From the NCBI GenBank assembly GCA_951406725.2, contig OX597818.1, positions 72,912,001 to 72,976,000 on the forward strand: DNA of 64,000 bases, read 5' to 3'. Shown in pieces: positions 13,978-26,767 of this stretch. The DNA is from Octopus vulgaris. Its lineage: Eukaryota. Under the pieces are notes generated by a model. That model made no database searches, was not told the DNA's origin, and was given only the letters and a program-made list of their open reading frames with translations. Made by a program: the position numbers and the translations under genes. The stretch's first letter is position 1. Every line of letters starts with the position of its first letter.

Positions 13978-13982
13978 TATAT

Positions 13983-15060
13983 ATCTACTACATATGTGGA
14001 AAACAGGTGTATGTTTGCTTGTGGCGTTGTTAGCTAACTCCTCTCTACATCGTTTTATTGATTTTGATGAAAATTGATACGTGAGTACAACTCATGTCGG
14101 GAAACCTCGTGACATACTTAGATCGTTGAAAAAAATCGATAATAGGTCCCTGGAAGAGATCTTTATATCTACCTCATATAACTAATGTTTTTAAACACTC
14201 AAGGGAAATAAGCCATACCATCTGCACAATATTTTTCAAACACTCAAGGAAATAACTCATAGAACCTACACTTACAGTTGTTAGTCTGTATTGAAGCGAT
14301 CAATATTTGATTCTCGCGATCAGCAGACCTAATTCTGCATTGCACTACTCACAGTTTTCAACTGCTAAACCTTATTATTTCACTTTCTTGACGGATGTAC
14401 ACTTTCAATGCCCATAACTCCAATAATTCTGTATTTTTCTTGTTAAAATTTGTCGATGATAGCACATACATTTTTTCATTCCAGAACGTATTTAATGTAT
14501 CGCAATACAATGAACTCATATCCTGGATGCTCAAAATTTTTTTTAAATGAAACCAAACTCTCACACCACATTCAGTTGTGACGCTCTGTATCACTTATAC
14601 TTATTTTACTAATCTTAATATTTATTGCTTATTGACAGTTCATGCAACATTTTCATGAAACTAATTGAGCCATCGAATTTAGAAATATTTGACCGGTTTC
14701 TTTGTTTATGTTCAATTACTTTGAATATTTATTTTTTGTGTCTAATTTCTAATTTTTGCAGACAATATCACTTTTATACTTTATTTGACACGTGAGTAGA
14801 ACTCATATCTGGAAACCTCGTGACATACTTAGATTGTTGAAGAATATCTATAACAGGGCCCCTCCAATGGATCCTTCTTTCTACTACATATTACTAATAT
14901 CTTATTTAAGCAACGCAACGGAAATAACCTATGCCACCTGTAGCTTTTAGCGAAGCGCTCCGTACTTGATTTTCACGATCAGCCGACCTAATTCTGCATT
15001 TCACTATTTAGTTTTGAACTGCTAAACATTATTATTACACTTCCTTGATTTGAATCTTAA
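13983..15060 (+). mobile_element. Putative non-autonomous Helitron-like element with ~710-bp-period internal duplication
   Basis: Starts A|TCTACTA..gtatgtttgcttgt..ctaactcctc..gattttgatgaaaatt (Helitron-like 5' end); 14076-14390 resembles 14787-15048. Confidence 0.45.
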
Positions 15061-15509
15061 ACATTAAAGACTTCATTTATAAATTTCTATACATACATTT
15101 TTGAATGTACATTACTTCGATAATTCTGCATTTTTACATTTACACTTTTTCCATGGCAGTAGATTAATTTTTTATTCCACAACCTATTTGTAGTGGCTTC
15201 CTGCAGACATAGTGTGGATTCGATCTTCGATTGCCAAATTACATTTAACACTTCAACAGAGCTTTTCTCACGATAAAACAATAGTTTTTTTTCTGTGAAT
15301 GAGAGCAGTTATACATTTCCCAGATGCCTTTCCTACGTAGAATAATGTCTTTGCCACTTGACCCTTCTAACTGTCACCAGGGGCTGCAATGGAAATAACA
15401 AATCCCCAACGAAATCATTTGTTCTCAACAATATATCTATCTTTCTGGCTGCTTTTCGATAGTTGTAAAAACATGAACTCCGTAAGCTAAAGGCAGTTAC
15501 TGAGTATGT

Positions 15510-15829
15510 TGATTCTCAACATACTCTTGTCACCAAAGAATGTATATTTATATGGATTATAGTACTCTGTGTCAACCAATATTCTGTGCATGTTTGAATA
15601 TACAGATACAATACCAATAATAATATCAATTCCTTCTGGGAATTATCTTAAGCATGTCCTTGAGAACGATTATTTATGTAGTAATCTTTTGTGCCCAATA
15701 TTTTAAGGAACTTGTTGAACTTTTTTATGTCCTTAACATGTCATTGTTACCAAAGACTGTATATATGTAATGTAGCAATTTGCAACAACCAATAATTAAC
15801 GCAACGAAACTTCTACATGTTACTTTTGA
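15510..15829. repeat. Dispersed repeat, second copy at 55860-56395
   Basis: 15583-15829 matches 56156-56395 in direct orientation; 15512-15588 matches 55871-55950 inverted. Confidence 0.85.
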
Positions 15830-16304
15830 TATATATATATATTCATACATACATACACATATGCAAAAGAGATGTCGGATGCGTAAGCATATGTACAGAG
15901 CCTATACAAATATAAAAAACAGTGCAATCTAATAAATGTGTCTATAAACATTTGTGTGTTTCAAGTGAGGGTTGATGAGTATATACATATAGGCGAGTGT
16001 ACGTGGGTGTGCCGGTGCACATGTATGTGTATGGACATGCGCGCATACGCAACTGCTATAAACATTTTTACTCCCTTACCTTTACTCCCTTCCCTCAATT
16101 AGCGGTCATTCTAATAGCTCTTTTGTCTTAACGGTCAATCATACTGTAATTTCCTTTTGTTTTAACGGTAATTTTCATAGCATTTTTTTCGATGGCGTGA
16201 TGACTGAAGAGATGCCGACGTGGGTTTCCGCCCCCAAATCCGAAACTCGGTTTTTTATCATGGCTGCCGAATAATTGTCACATATATTTACAGATATATA
16301 TATA

Positions 16305-16535
16305 TTTCTTTATTACCCACAATGGGCTAAACACAGAGGGGACAAACAAGGACAGACAAACGGATTAAGTCGATTACATCGACCCCAGTGCGTAACTGGT
16401 ACTTTATTTATCGACCCCGTATCTGGTACTTTATTTATCGACCTCGGCGGAATTTGAACACAGAAAGTAGCGGCAGACGAAATACGGCTACGCATTTCGC
16501 CCGGCGTGCTAACGTTTCTGCCAGCTCGTCGCCTT
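16305..16535 (-). mobile_element. tRNA-headed SINE (family B, Nin/Deu-domain-like)
   Basis: Reverse complement reads ggcgacgagctggcagaaacgttagcacgccgggcgaaatg..gttcaaattccgccgagg-tcgataaataaagtaccag; homologous to 44541-44750. Confidence 0.8.
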
Positions 16536-16556
16536 ATTACAGATATATATATATAT

Positions 16557-17882
16557 TGTTAGGAACTTAAGGTTTTCTTTAAAATTATTTCTGTCTTATG
16601 AGTATATTATGAAATAATATTATTATGAGGCAGTATTACCTGCACTGCATTATAAAGTTTAACAGGTAAACAGACAGTTTTGCATGTTGCACTGTAAGGT
16701 CAAGATGAAGTCAATTGTGAAAATTCGAGAAGTTAGGTGTAAATAGCCAAACTTTGAAACTGTAACAAACTGGCTAGACCTGAGCAAACCTTTATAAGAA
16801 GAGATAATGGCACACTCAGTTTTGTGACAGCTAAAGTTTTTTTTTTTTCTGTGAGACAAGGTTGTTCTATTGGATTCTGGAAGCTATGATTGTCTGTTTA
16901 GTTTTTGCACTTTGTGCTTTGTATTAGGCATTTATGGATTTATATTATGCTCCAGGAATTCGCCATGACTTTTACTTGTCAGATTTAAATAATTTCTGTG
17001 TAAAATCTGGGTGAGTAGAAAATCTCTTAAGTTATAGTATTGTAGTATTTATGTGAATTTTGAACCCAGCATTTGTGGCAGATTTTGTACTAATTTTGGT
17101 AGCTATTTTCTGTTAAGATAAATATCGAAAAATTTGTATAAATAGCTAGAGGGTGTATGAATTTAATTTTCCATGTAGCCAATTATTTGTATCAGACAAC
17201 TAACTGTAAATTTTGTCTAATAGTTACTCAGCATGCTTGTATGAAGCAGTTTTGTGTGAATGTAAAGCAAACTAGATTACTTTGTTTTACTATTTATTTT
17301 TACTATAATTATTGATGTAGTCTGGCAGCCGTTTTGTGTCATGACTTTTAGTTTAAATGGTTGCTTTGACATTAGATTTATTTATGTTTAGGTTCAAATT
17401 TTGAAAACCAAATTTATGAAACCAAATTTCGGAATCCAAATTCATGAAACGAAATTTATGAAACGAATTTTATGAAACCAAATTTCGGAATCCAAATTTA
17501 TGAAACCAAATTTCGGAATCCAAATTTATGAAACCAAATTTCGGAGTCCAAATTTATGAAATCAAATATATGAATCCAAGGAGGGCAAATTTACGAATCC
17601 AAATTTAGGAAGTCATGTTTATGAAACAAAATTTATGAAACCAAAATTCTGAATCCAAATTTCTAAACTGCATATATTTTACATTTGTAAATATTTTGCC
17701 TGCACGTCTAGTTAGCATTAATACATTTGTTCATATATATTTGTTTGAATGTAGGTTGTTTGTGTATGATGATGCCTAATTGTTAATAAGATTTAAAAAA
17801 ACTTCATGCTGTGTTGTTGTTTTGGGTTCACCTCATCATTGTTTGCTGTGTAGATTCGGGTTATGCCCACCAGGTCGTAACA
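16557..17882 (+). mobile_element. LTR-like element (TG...CA) with 4-bp TSD
   Basis: atat|tgttagga ... tcgtaaca|atat; short terminal inverted repeat; internal tgtaaca-aac-tggc junction near 16761-16774. Confidence 0.55.
17395..17665. repeat. 14-bp minisatellite (aaatttatgaaacc / aaatttcggaatcc)
   Basis: Two interleaved 14-mer variants repeated in tandem. Confidence 0.9.
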
Positions 17883-17890
17883 ATATGTGC

Positions 17891-17942
<52 letters not shown>

Positions 17943-18064
17943 GAGATAATGTAATTTTTCTTTATTTTACTTGATCGAGCCATTACATAACGGTCATGCT
18001 GTGGAACCAAATTTAGTCGAAAAAATGACTTCTCCAGTACATATTTTAAATCTGCCTCTTATTC

Positions 18065-18142
<78 letters not shown>

Positions 18143-19208
18143 TGTGTGTGTGAGTGTATGTGTGTGTGCGTGTGTGTGTGTGTGTGTGTATATATGTCCC
18201 CGTAACGTAGCTGTTGGGCAAAATGTATGATAGAATAAGAGCCAAATTTAAAATATGTCCTAGAGAAGTCATTTTTCGACAAATGACGGTTCTCGAACAA
18301 GGCTGCTATGTAAAGTCTGGATAAATAAAGAAAATTACATTAGTCCATAACACTCCGAGCTGCAATAATCGAAATTTGTGTAACAAAATGTGCGCACCAA
18401 GGCTACTTTGAAATGTTATTGTAAAATCCAACACAGAATCCATATAGCACTGCCATCTGAACTTGTTCACGCACGTTGTCATCATAATCCAGTTAATCAA
18501 TACATGGCGAGTGTATATACATATATACGTACATATGCATACATATATCTAGGTACACACCCACATGTATGTATTTATTCGTGATAGTGTTTGTGCATAT
18601 AGGCATATATGCATATGCATTTATATATATACATGTATCTTTATGCGTATCTATATAAACATACATCTATTTATTCAAGCATAGACATTCCATATATGGA
18701 AGTATACAGTACGAAGCGTTGCCTAAACAAGATTGAGCATATTTCTCAATCAATTACATAACAATATGGCGAGACAATCAGATCTACAGTGGCCAGAGAT
18801 GCGTGGCGAAATACGACCTAAAATGCCGATCATACCATACATAATGAGCATACGATTACTCTGTCCAATAATTTATTCATTAGACTGGAGAGCATGTCGG
18901 CAACAATAATATCTATTGCTCTCGCTCCTGACTGATCTACCTTGTCAAACTTCACGTGTGCATAACGAGGAAAACACATACAAACACACACTGGAGAGCG
19001 AGAATTTAACCTGAACATCAACTACTTTGAAATAACGACAGTCAAAATGGTGTGCAGCGGTTGTAAGTCAGCTTGACTATATCTAAGCGTGGGCTTTGTT
19101 TATATCTCCTATGGAATCATTTGCCAGTCCCCGCTGCCTGCAGGTGTCTATATAAGACCCTTCAGGCGGCGAATGTAAATAGGCGAGCAATAAATTCAAG
19201 AATGGATA

Positions 19209-19209
<1 letters not shown>

Positions 19210-19281
<72 letters not shown>

Positions 19282-19335
19282 GCTGCTGCTGCTGTTGCTG
19301 GTGCTGCACTACAAACACAGCTACTGCTGCTACTG
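19210..19335. repeat. (CTA)n/(CTG)n trinucleotide repeat
   Basis: Direct reading; produces spurious poly-L/V/Q ORFs. Confidence 0.95.
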
Positions 19336-20052
19336 AATGTAATTGGTGTTGGCGAAAACGTATCGAACTGTTGGTTGGCAAGCATGATGTGATCTGTTTG
19401 AGGTGGAATGCAGAAGATTCTTTGGGTAGTCTGTCTTGTAAAATGCCTTCCACCAGCAGAAAATAGAAAGATTCCAAAGTTGTCAATCAAGATAACAAAG
19501 GTTATTTCAAAGTGGCTGCAGCTCAGAAGATATAAGGTTATTACCAACGATTACAAGTTGGACTTTGATGAATCGTGTGATTAGGGAAAAATTCGAAACA
19601 TAGGCGCAGACGTATGGTCTATATGTTTACCTGTGTTTCCTTGTATGTGTTGCCCACCAGCACTTAAAAACCGATGATGGCGTGTCCATGTTACCGTAAT
19701 TTAACGAGAGTTCGATAGTATAAAAAGCAAGTTTAAAAAAGGACCGGGGTTTATCCATTCCACAAAAATTCATCAAGGCTTTGTTCGAGCACGGTCACAG
19801 TCTAATGACTCAAACAAGTAAAAGACAAAGGTTCAAAGGTCCATTACTTCTGGGTTATGATTACTGATTATATGTGATGGAAATCAAATGACACATAAGG
19901 AAATTTTGTATGAATACATACATACATACATGCATACATACATACATACATACATACATACATACATACACACACACATATATATATATATATACATACA
20001 TATATATATGTGTGTGTGTATGTGTTTGCGTTTGCGTGTGTACCTTTTTTGC

Positions 20053-20095
<43 letters not shown>

Positions 20096-20096
20096 T

Positions 20097-20886
20097 GATA
20101 ACCAAGAGGTGGGTGGATATTATCATTCAAAACGTTTTTATTAAAGACATTTCTACAGCATATATATAATTCTCACCTACATATGTTTCGACTGCATCAA
20201 CTGCACATTGCTCAGCAAGCTATTATGTATCCTAGTCGCTGCAATTTCATCAAAGGTCCTTCAGACACGAAATTTTTATAGTGAACTGATTCAAACAATC
20301 GTCCTACGTTGGTGTATCATTTGAAGATGATGTCCACACTTACGAAAATATACATTTAAACAATTTATATAAACACAACTCATAACTATGATAATTAAGC
20401 TAGTTACAATAATGATTATAATCATTAATGTTATTCATACAAATACAACTACTACTAATAATAACAATAATATTAATTGAGGGTATAGACCTCCAAAAAG
20501 TAAAATACATTTAAATAGAAAAATATTGTACTCTATATAGCAAAATATAAACAAAGTTGCTACCATTAATTGAAATCTGAGTAAACATTTTTAACCACGC
20601 TTCAACTGTAATAGCAATAGGGGTGATTATAAGACCAGAATTCCATTGGATTTAACAAGTAATGCTACCAACGCAGGACACTTGTTTGAATCGGTTCACT
20701 TTGAAAACGTAGTGGGTGATGGGCCCTTGACGAAATTACAGCATCTAGAATGTATAATTGAATACCAGAGTAATGTGCAGAATCTGCAGTCGAAATATAT
20801 ATAGGCCAGTGTTATATATACTGTGGACAACTTCTTAAGCAAGAAGTTTTCCATGTGAATAAATATCCACCCTCTTCTTCGTTATC
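20097..20886. mobile_element. Non-coding element with ~165-bp inverted termini, each carrying a degenerate hammerhead
   Basis: 20097-20262 versus 20718-20886 inverted; TTGATGA..tgcagtc-GAA-ACATATGT-A (minus) and TTGACGA..ctgcagtc-GAAA-tatatata-ggcc (plus). Confidence 0.7.
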
Positions 20887-21060
20887 AGATATATACTGTA
20901 CGTAATATTTGCATTTCTGAATAGGAAGAACCACCCAGCGAGTGAAGCTTACCCGTACCAATATCTCATTTAAGCTTGAGTTCTACGTAATTGGACCGTT
21001 GTGGATAGCCGGCATCCATAACCGGCAATACGGTATCTGCCTGGATAATTTATCCCTTTT

Positions 21061-21112
<52 letters not shown>

Positions 21113-21113
21113 C

Positions 21114-21158
<45 letters not shown>

Positions 21159-21567
21159 CATACCTGCATACGTACTCACATACACACGCACTCATATACA
21201 TATATACATAACTACACACACAAACACACACACATACATATATATACATACATTATACATTTGTACATGCGTACATATGTTTCCGCATGTGTAGATTTAA
21301 TCTATGCGTGTATGGTTTTGTGCATTTCTCCGAGACAATTTCCAGTACTGGCAGATCTAACAGAAACGTGTTACTTCATTGAACCTTGTGTATTGTACTG
21401 CTGTTTGACAATTTAACGCCCTTTCAAATATTTTCTCTTTCTTTCTCAAACAGTCTCAATATATATGACACATGTAGAAATATTATTTGATTGAACCTGG
21501 TACCGAGCAGCCGAATTTTATTGCTCGCTTATTTCAATCAGTCTAAAACTGAATTAAATATTAGCTA

Positions 21568-21598
<31 letters not shown>

Positions 21599-22280
21599 GC
21601 GCGGATACACACACAAACACAACACCAGAAATTTCAGGGAGCTTTGTTCGTAGCTATCCTCCCTCTCTCTCACTCCCCCTCTCACTTATTCTTTGATTTC
21701 TCATAAGCAGGGCAGCTAATCTCTATGACGGTACACACATTTTCTTCTCTGTCTCAAACAATGATATTAAACAAACTGTAATGTTTGCCCTTGCTAGAAA
21801 CTTCTACCAATATTCGTTGTATTGATATTCATGTATATATTCAATAACAGAGGGGTTAGCGAATGGGTAGTACCGTACTGAAAGGGCGGAATTCATGATA
21901 TTTTGGGGCAGCTGCAAATCACATGCATCCGTTTTTCAGATAAATGTTACATAAATGTTACACTCTGCTTGTTTATGGTTCCTTAGTATTGCCGGTGAGA
22001 GCCGTAGCTGTGTTGGACAAACCTCATTAGCCTTAAAACACTTGCACTGGCAATGGTGACCCTCCTAGTGCATGACGGTTATGCTCGTCTAACGTATAAA
22101 CAGCCATCATGAATGATTGTATGTATGTATGTATGTATGTATGTATGCATGTAATATTTGCTCTGCGCTATGGGTGTTGCGTATTTATGATCAACCAACA
22201 TCCAACAGATAGTTTATGAAATGAAATTAAATTCGTCCTGGCCATCCTGTCTATTCAAAAAACTTAACAATGGTCTACGA

Positions 22281-22339
22281 CAGTGGTCCCGAACCCTTTT
22301 ATCGAAATGAGTTTTCCCACAGACCCCTCTTAATATGCT

Positions 22340-22404
<65 letters not shown>

Positions 22405-22467
22405 AATTTGAATTTAGTTCATGTGCCGCCAGTACAACATTTGCGGACCCCAGGTTGGAGACCACTG
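22281..22467. mobile_element. hAT-family MITE
   Basis: TIRs cagtggtcccgaacc / ggttggagaccactg; 8-bp TSD gtctacga / gtttacga. Confidence 0.85.
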
Positions 22468-22662
22468 GTTTACGACATCATAATATTATCAATGTATCTA
22501 GACTGAAGGAGGTATTGTGGTTATTTCTAGTAGATTTTTAGACTTATGGAATAGGGGTTTCCTTAATGGTCGATTATTTTTGTAACTCTTATGAGTTTAT
22601 GTATTAAATAAGTGTAGGATAAACAATGTGTGTGTCCAAATAAGCGATTTCTCACTCCTAAA

Positions 22663-22844
<182 letters not shown>

Positions 22845-24719
22845 TGTACTTCAGAAGATCCTTCCATCTCAGTAAAATTGATGTTTGTAAGGCCTCTCCC
22901 ACGGCTCATCTTCTAATACCCTTTCTTTCATCAATCTTTGGCGTGATCCCATATTCTCCTTTTACTTCTATGCTGAACTGATGATGTCCTCTCTGCATCC
23001 TATTCATTCAGTATCTCTAATCGTCTGACACATTATTCACAATGGAGCTCACTTACAAATATGAACTATCGCTCGGTGCAGCCTTCTCGTTTGTCTGCTC
23101 TTATTAAACCATTAAATCCATGCCGGCATGGGAAAAATGACGTTAAATGATGTTGAAGATGACGTGGTTTATGATCATATATAAATATAAATGTGTGTGT
23201 GTGCGTGTGTATGTGGGTGTGAAAATACATAGATACCTAACATTTTAAGATCCTGTAGGTGGATAACATAAGTGATGTATGGTCGCTGGATTTTCTAGTT
23301 GTTCACCAAAACATTAAGGTGAATAATTAAGGCTATAATTGACACAACTGTATGAAGTAATAGAAGTAGTGTATATATACTTTTCTAACTAGGAAACATA
23401 ATAACACCACATAAAAAAATTATGTCCTCCATTTAGCCAAAGGCTACATTTTATATTACTCGTGATAATTAAACGCAAAGTACAATGAACATGCCTTTAA
23501 TTCTGTCTCAGTTCAATAGGAATGAACTCTTTACCCTCACAACCCTTCCTCATTCACACCCACACATTTTCTTCTTTCTTCTTACCATCGCGAATACACA
23601 CCCACACCCATATCCTCACACACACACCCATACACCTACGCCCATATCATCTCACACGCATTCATACACCTACACCCATATCCTCACACACACTCACGTA
23701 CACACACAGAAATACACACAAACACATATACGCACATGAACATACACTCTCATAAGGACATGTACCAAATAACAGAATATGCTCTGTACATCCCCTCCAG
23801 TCAAACAAGTCACATAAAAGGAAATGAACCGCATCAATCTTAACCCATTCTCTCAATCATCGATTTTGAGAGGGTTTTTCCACAGAATGTGCCTCAATCT
23901 CCCGTTTAGATAAATAGCTTTAAAAATTATATTGAATTATTCAGAAAATTATTGCAATAAAGCCTTATGAAATTAAAGGCCTTTGCTCCAAGCTTCAGTC
24001 GATAATTAACCTTTTTATCGATTTTATTAGATATGCTTTTTAGATTTCAATTTGATAATGAATTATTTTGTTGCCAAGCAACATTGTAGTTGCCAATATT
24101 TTCATGGGGATCATTTCAATGGCGGCTGCAAAGTTTAGGGAATCAACAAAATTTTAATCTAACCCTGTTGGATAATATTCACCTTGTCTCGAAATAAGGA
24201 TATATCTCAGAACATGCTTTATGATTCCAGTATTTGGAGTCACAGATGACGCACGGTTTTACGAGACGCACGCAAATTCTAACAGTGAATATATATTTAA
24301 AAAGTTTTGTAGTGTATTAATTCATGTAATGTAGCCTCCACTCCGCACATAGTGTCTGGCGTCATATTTTGAGACTACTTTTGTTTTGGAAAATGGTGCA
24401 TCATATATACTATCAAATATGGTACATTTTTAAACACACACACACAAACACACAGATTCTCACCACCCACATATACATACTCACTCGCACATGTATTTCC
24501 GAAAAACATAATAAAGAAGCTAATAAAAATATGACAATCCAAAATAACATTAGAAAGTATTATGGTTATTGTCTCACGTCCCTCATCTTATAACACTAAT
24601 TGCTGATATGAATACACATAATTTAAGCTAATCCTATATGTTTGTCTGGCACACATGATCCAACTAATGAGTTTCTGACAACAGAAACAAATCTCTAGTG
24701 ACACACCCTAGAAGCATTT

Positions 24720-25540
24720 ATTTTTGCGTTGTGTTGAACTGCGTTTTTACATTGTAGACTCCAACCAAGACAAAGGTCTCCCTACTAAGCAGAAGCAATT
24801 GAGATTTTAGCAAAATGTACATCACTTTTGCCTTGATTCTGCTGACGAACTTGCCCTCACAGGTTCTGAAATGTGTGATGTGAAGACTTGGCGTTCTTTG
24901 CAAATTCGGTAGCCAAGTTGGGTTTGTTTCTCAACGCAAAGGAGATTGAATAAATGGCCCTTAATGAAGATGAATGCCATCTACCAATTTATTCTGTTGA
25001 TGGCACACAACTCAGCGAAGTCAGTGACATTTGGTACCTTTGATCTTGTGTTGCTGATACTTATGGGACAAGCTTTTAGTGTTTGTAGCTAACGTCACAA
25101 ACAAGTATTTCCACTGAAACAAGGCTCTCTTTAAGAGTATATGTAGAGAATACTCTTGAATATAAGTAAACATCGTGACTGTGACAAGGGATATTGAAGA
25201 GTACCTTGATGCTACATACATCGGGATCTTTATGGTGGCTCAAAACATTTCATGTTATGAGTACAAAACAAAGATGATTTATGATGTTCTTCTACCCATC
25301 TCTACTATTATTGTTCAAAGCAGGGTAAGTTTTGCTGGCCACCGACATCATATTAAACAACAATACTTATCACGTGTTGTTTAGGAGGCATCCGCATCTA
25401 GCTAGAGGACGAACACCATTCAATTCCATTAATATTAAAGGTAGAACACAACTTAAAATTGACGATCTACTGAAGTTAATGGGGGAAGGAGACCTTGCTG
25501 TGATGAGGTAAAACACATCTTGGTTGCAGCTGCTTGAAAA
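24720..25540 (+). mobile_element. RTE/RTE-X LINE RT and C-terminal fragment
   Basis: Broken frames: LDSADELAL (like DFADDIAL), AKLGLFLNAKE, VDGTQLSEVSDIWYL, TVTRDIEEYLDATY..AQNIS..LPISTIIVQSRVSFAGH. Confidence 0.75.
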
Positions 25541-26066
25541 ATGTTATGTGTTAATTCCAGCTTTACTTTTAATTTACACTAGAATCCTATTATTTTCGTT
25601 TAGTTTTTTTACAGTATCCTGATATCTATACTACTTAATAAACGCTTGTGTAGAGTCTGTCAATGGCACAAAATCGGCTAAATTATGTCAGTATTTGATG
25701 ACAAGTTCACCATGTTTATGGCAGCAACCAAAGCTGATATACAGATATCGTAAATGTGCTTAATTGTTACTTAATGTAACCAGAAACAAATATAATTAAG
25801 TATATAATTAAGTGTTCTTTGGATGTGTGCGCTGAAATGATTAGTTTCTATCCATAATTTGGTTCCGCTGTTTCATCGATAAGTGTTTGACCGATTGTAT
25901 TAGTCAGAATAAAAACGATTAGGCGTCGATTTAAAGGGCTGAACTCCACTGAGAAGAATCTGAAGCCTTTATTCAATTCAGGCTGCGCCATTGACAGACT
26001 GATTTTGTTGACGCAATAACAATAAGCTCACTTGCAATAGAAAGCAATCACGAAAGTCGAAGGATT

Positions 26067-26123
<57 letters not shown>

Positions 26124-26142
26124 CATACTTATATATATATAT

Positions 26143-26767
26143 ATTTATTTGATAGAAATGATAGAAAATTAATATTTACTTCTTAGAGCACGACAGTGAC
26201 TTCAAAGTTTCTGCTTGGTACCCATCATCATGTCTTTTCCCTCATATGAGTATATACCCATACATCGCGTGTGTACCGTTGGCGATTTTTTTACTCCGTC
26301 TTCTTTTTGGGATCTTTCCTTTTCCTATGTTTCTGACGAAGAACTCCGCTCGAAACGTTAAACCCTCCTTCTTTCCTGAGCGTCCCATAATACTATACTT
26401 GTTCCACGTCCTCGCGTTGTTGGGTTTTCTTTTGTGTTTTCATGTTTGGATTAACTATATATATATATATATATAGACGCACATATGTACAGACCCACAA
26501 TGTTTATTTTTATGTAAAATTACGTAAGTTATACATAAATAGATATTAACTCACAACACTTGTTTGAGTAATATATTTGGTAATATTTAGAAGGAAAATG
26601 TCGAATGAGGCTTCAGAGTTTCGGCTATGTACATGTATGGGTATATACTCATATGAGGGAAAAGATGGGTACCAAGCAGAAACTTTGGGTACCAAGCAGA
26701 AACTTTGACGTCACTGTCGTGCTCTAAGAAATAAATATTAATTTTCTATCATTTCTATCAAATAAAT
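26143..26767. repeat. ~125-bp inverted repeat pair enclosing a hammerhead element
   Basis: 26143-26265 is the reverse complement of 26633-26767; the right arm has an extra copy of tgggtaccaagcagaaactt. Confidence 0.85.
26329..26363 (+). ncRNA. Minimal type I hammerhead motif (family H2)
   Basis: gttt-CTGACGA-a-gaac-tcc-gctc-GAA-ACGT-T-aaac; element spans ~26266-26455, with a related core-deleted copy at 28945-29103 (minus). Confidence 0.72.

Noticed and set aside
16200-16255. CTGAAGA...GAAACTCGGT hammerhead-like words
   Set aside because: No credible stem I and only marginal stem II, so it was not counted.
18700-19200. Unique-looking sequence, possibly regulatory or exonic
   Set aside because: No ORF, splice or motif evidence beyond chance short words.
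19073-19547. Poly-L/V/Q ORFs
   Set aside because: They arise from the (CTA)n/(CTG)n repeat, with no splice or domain support.
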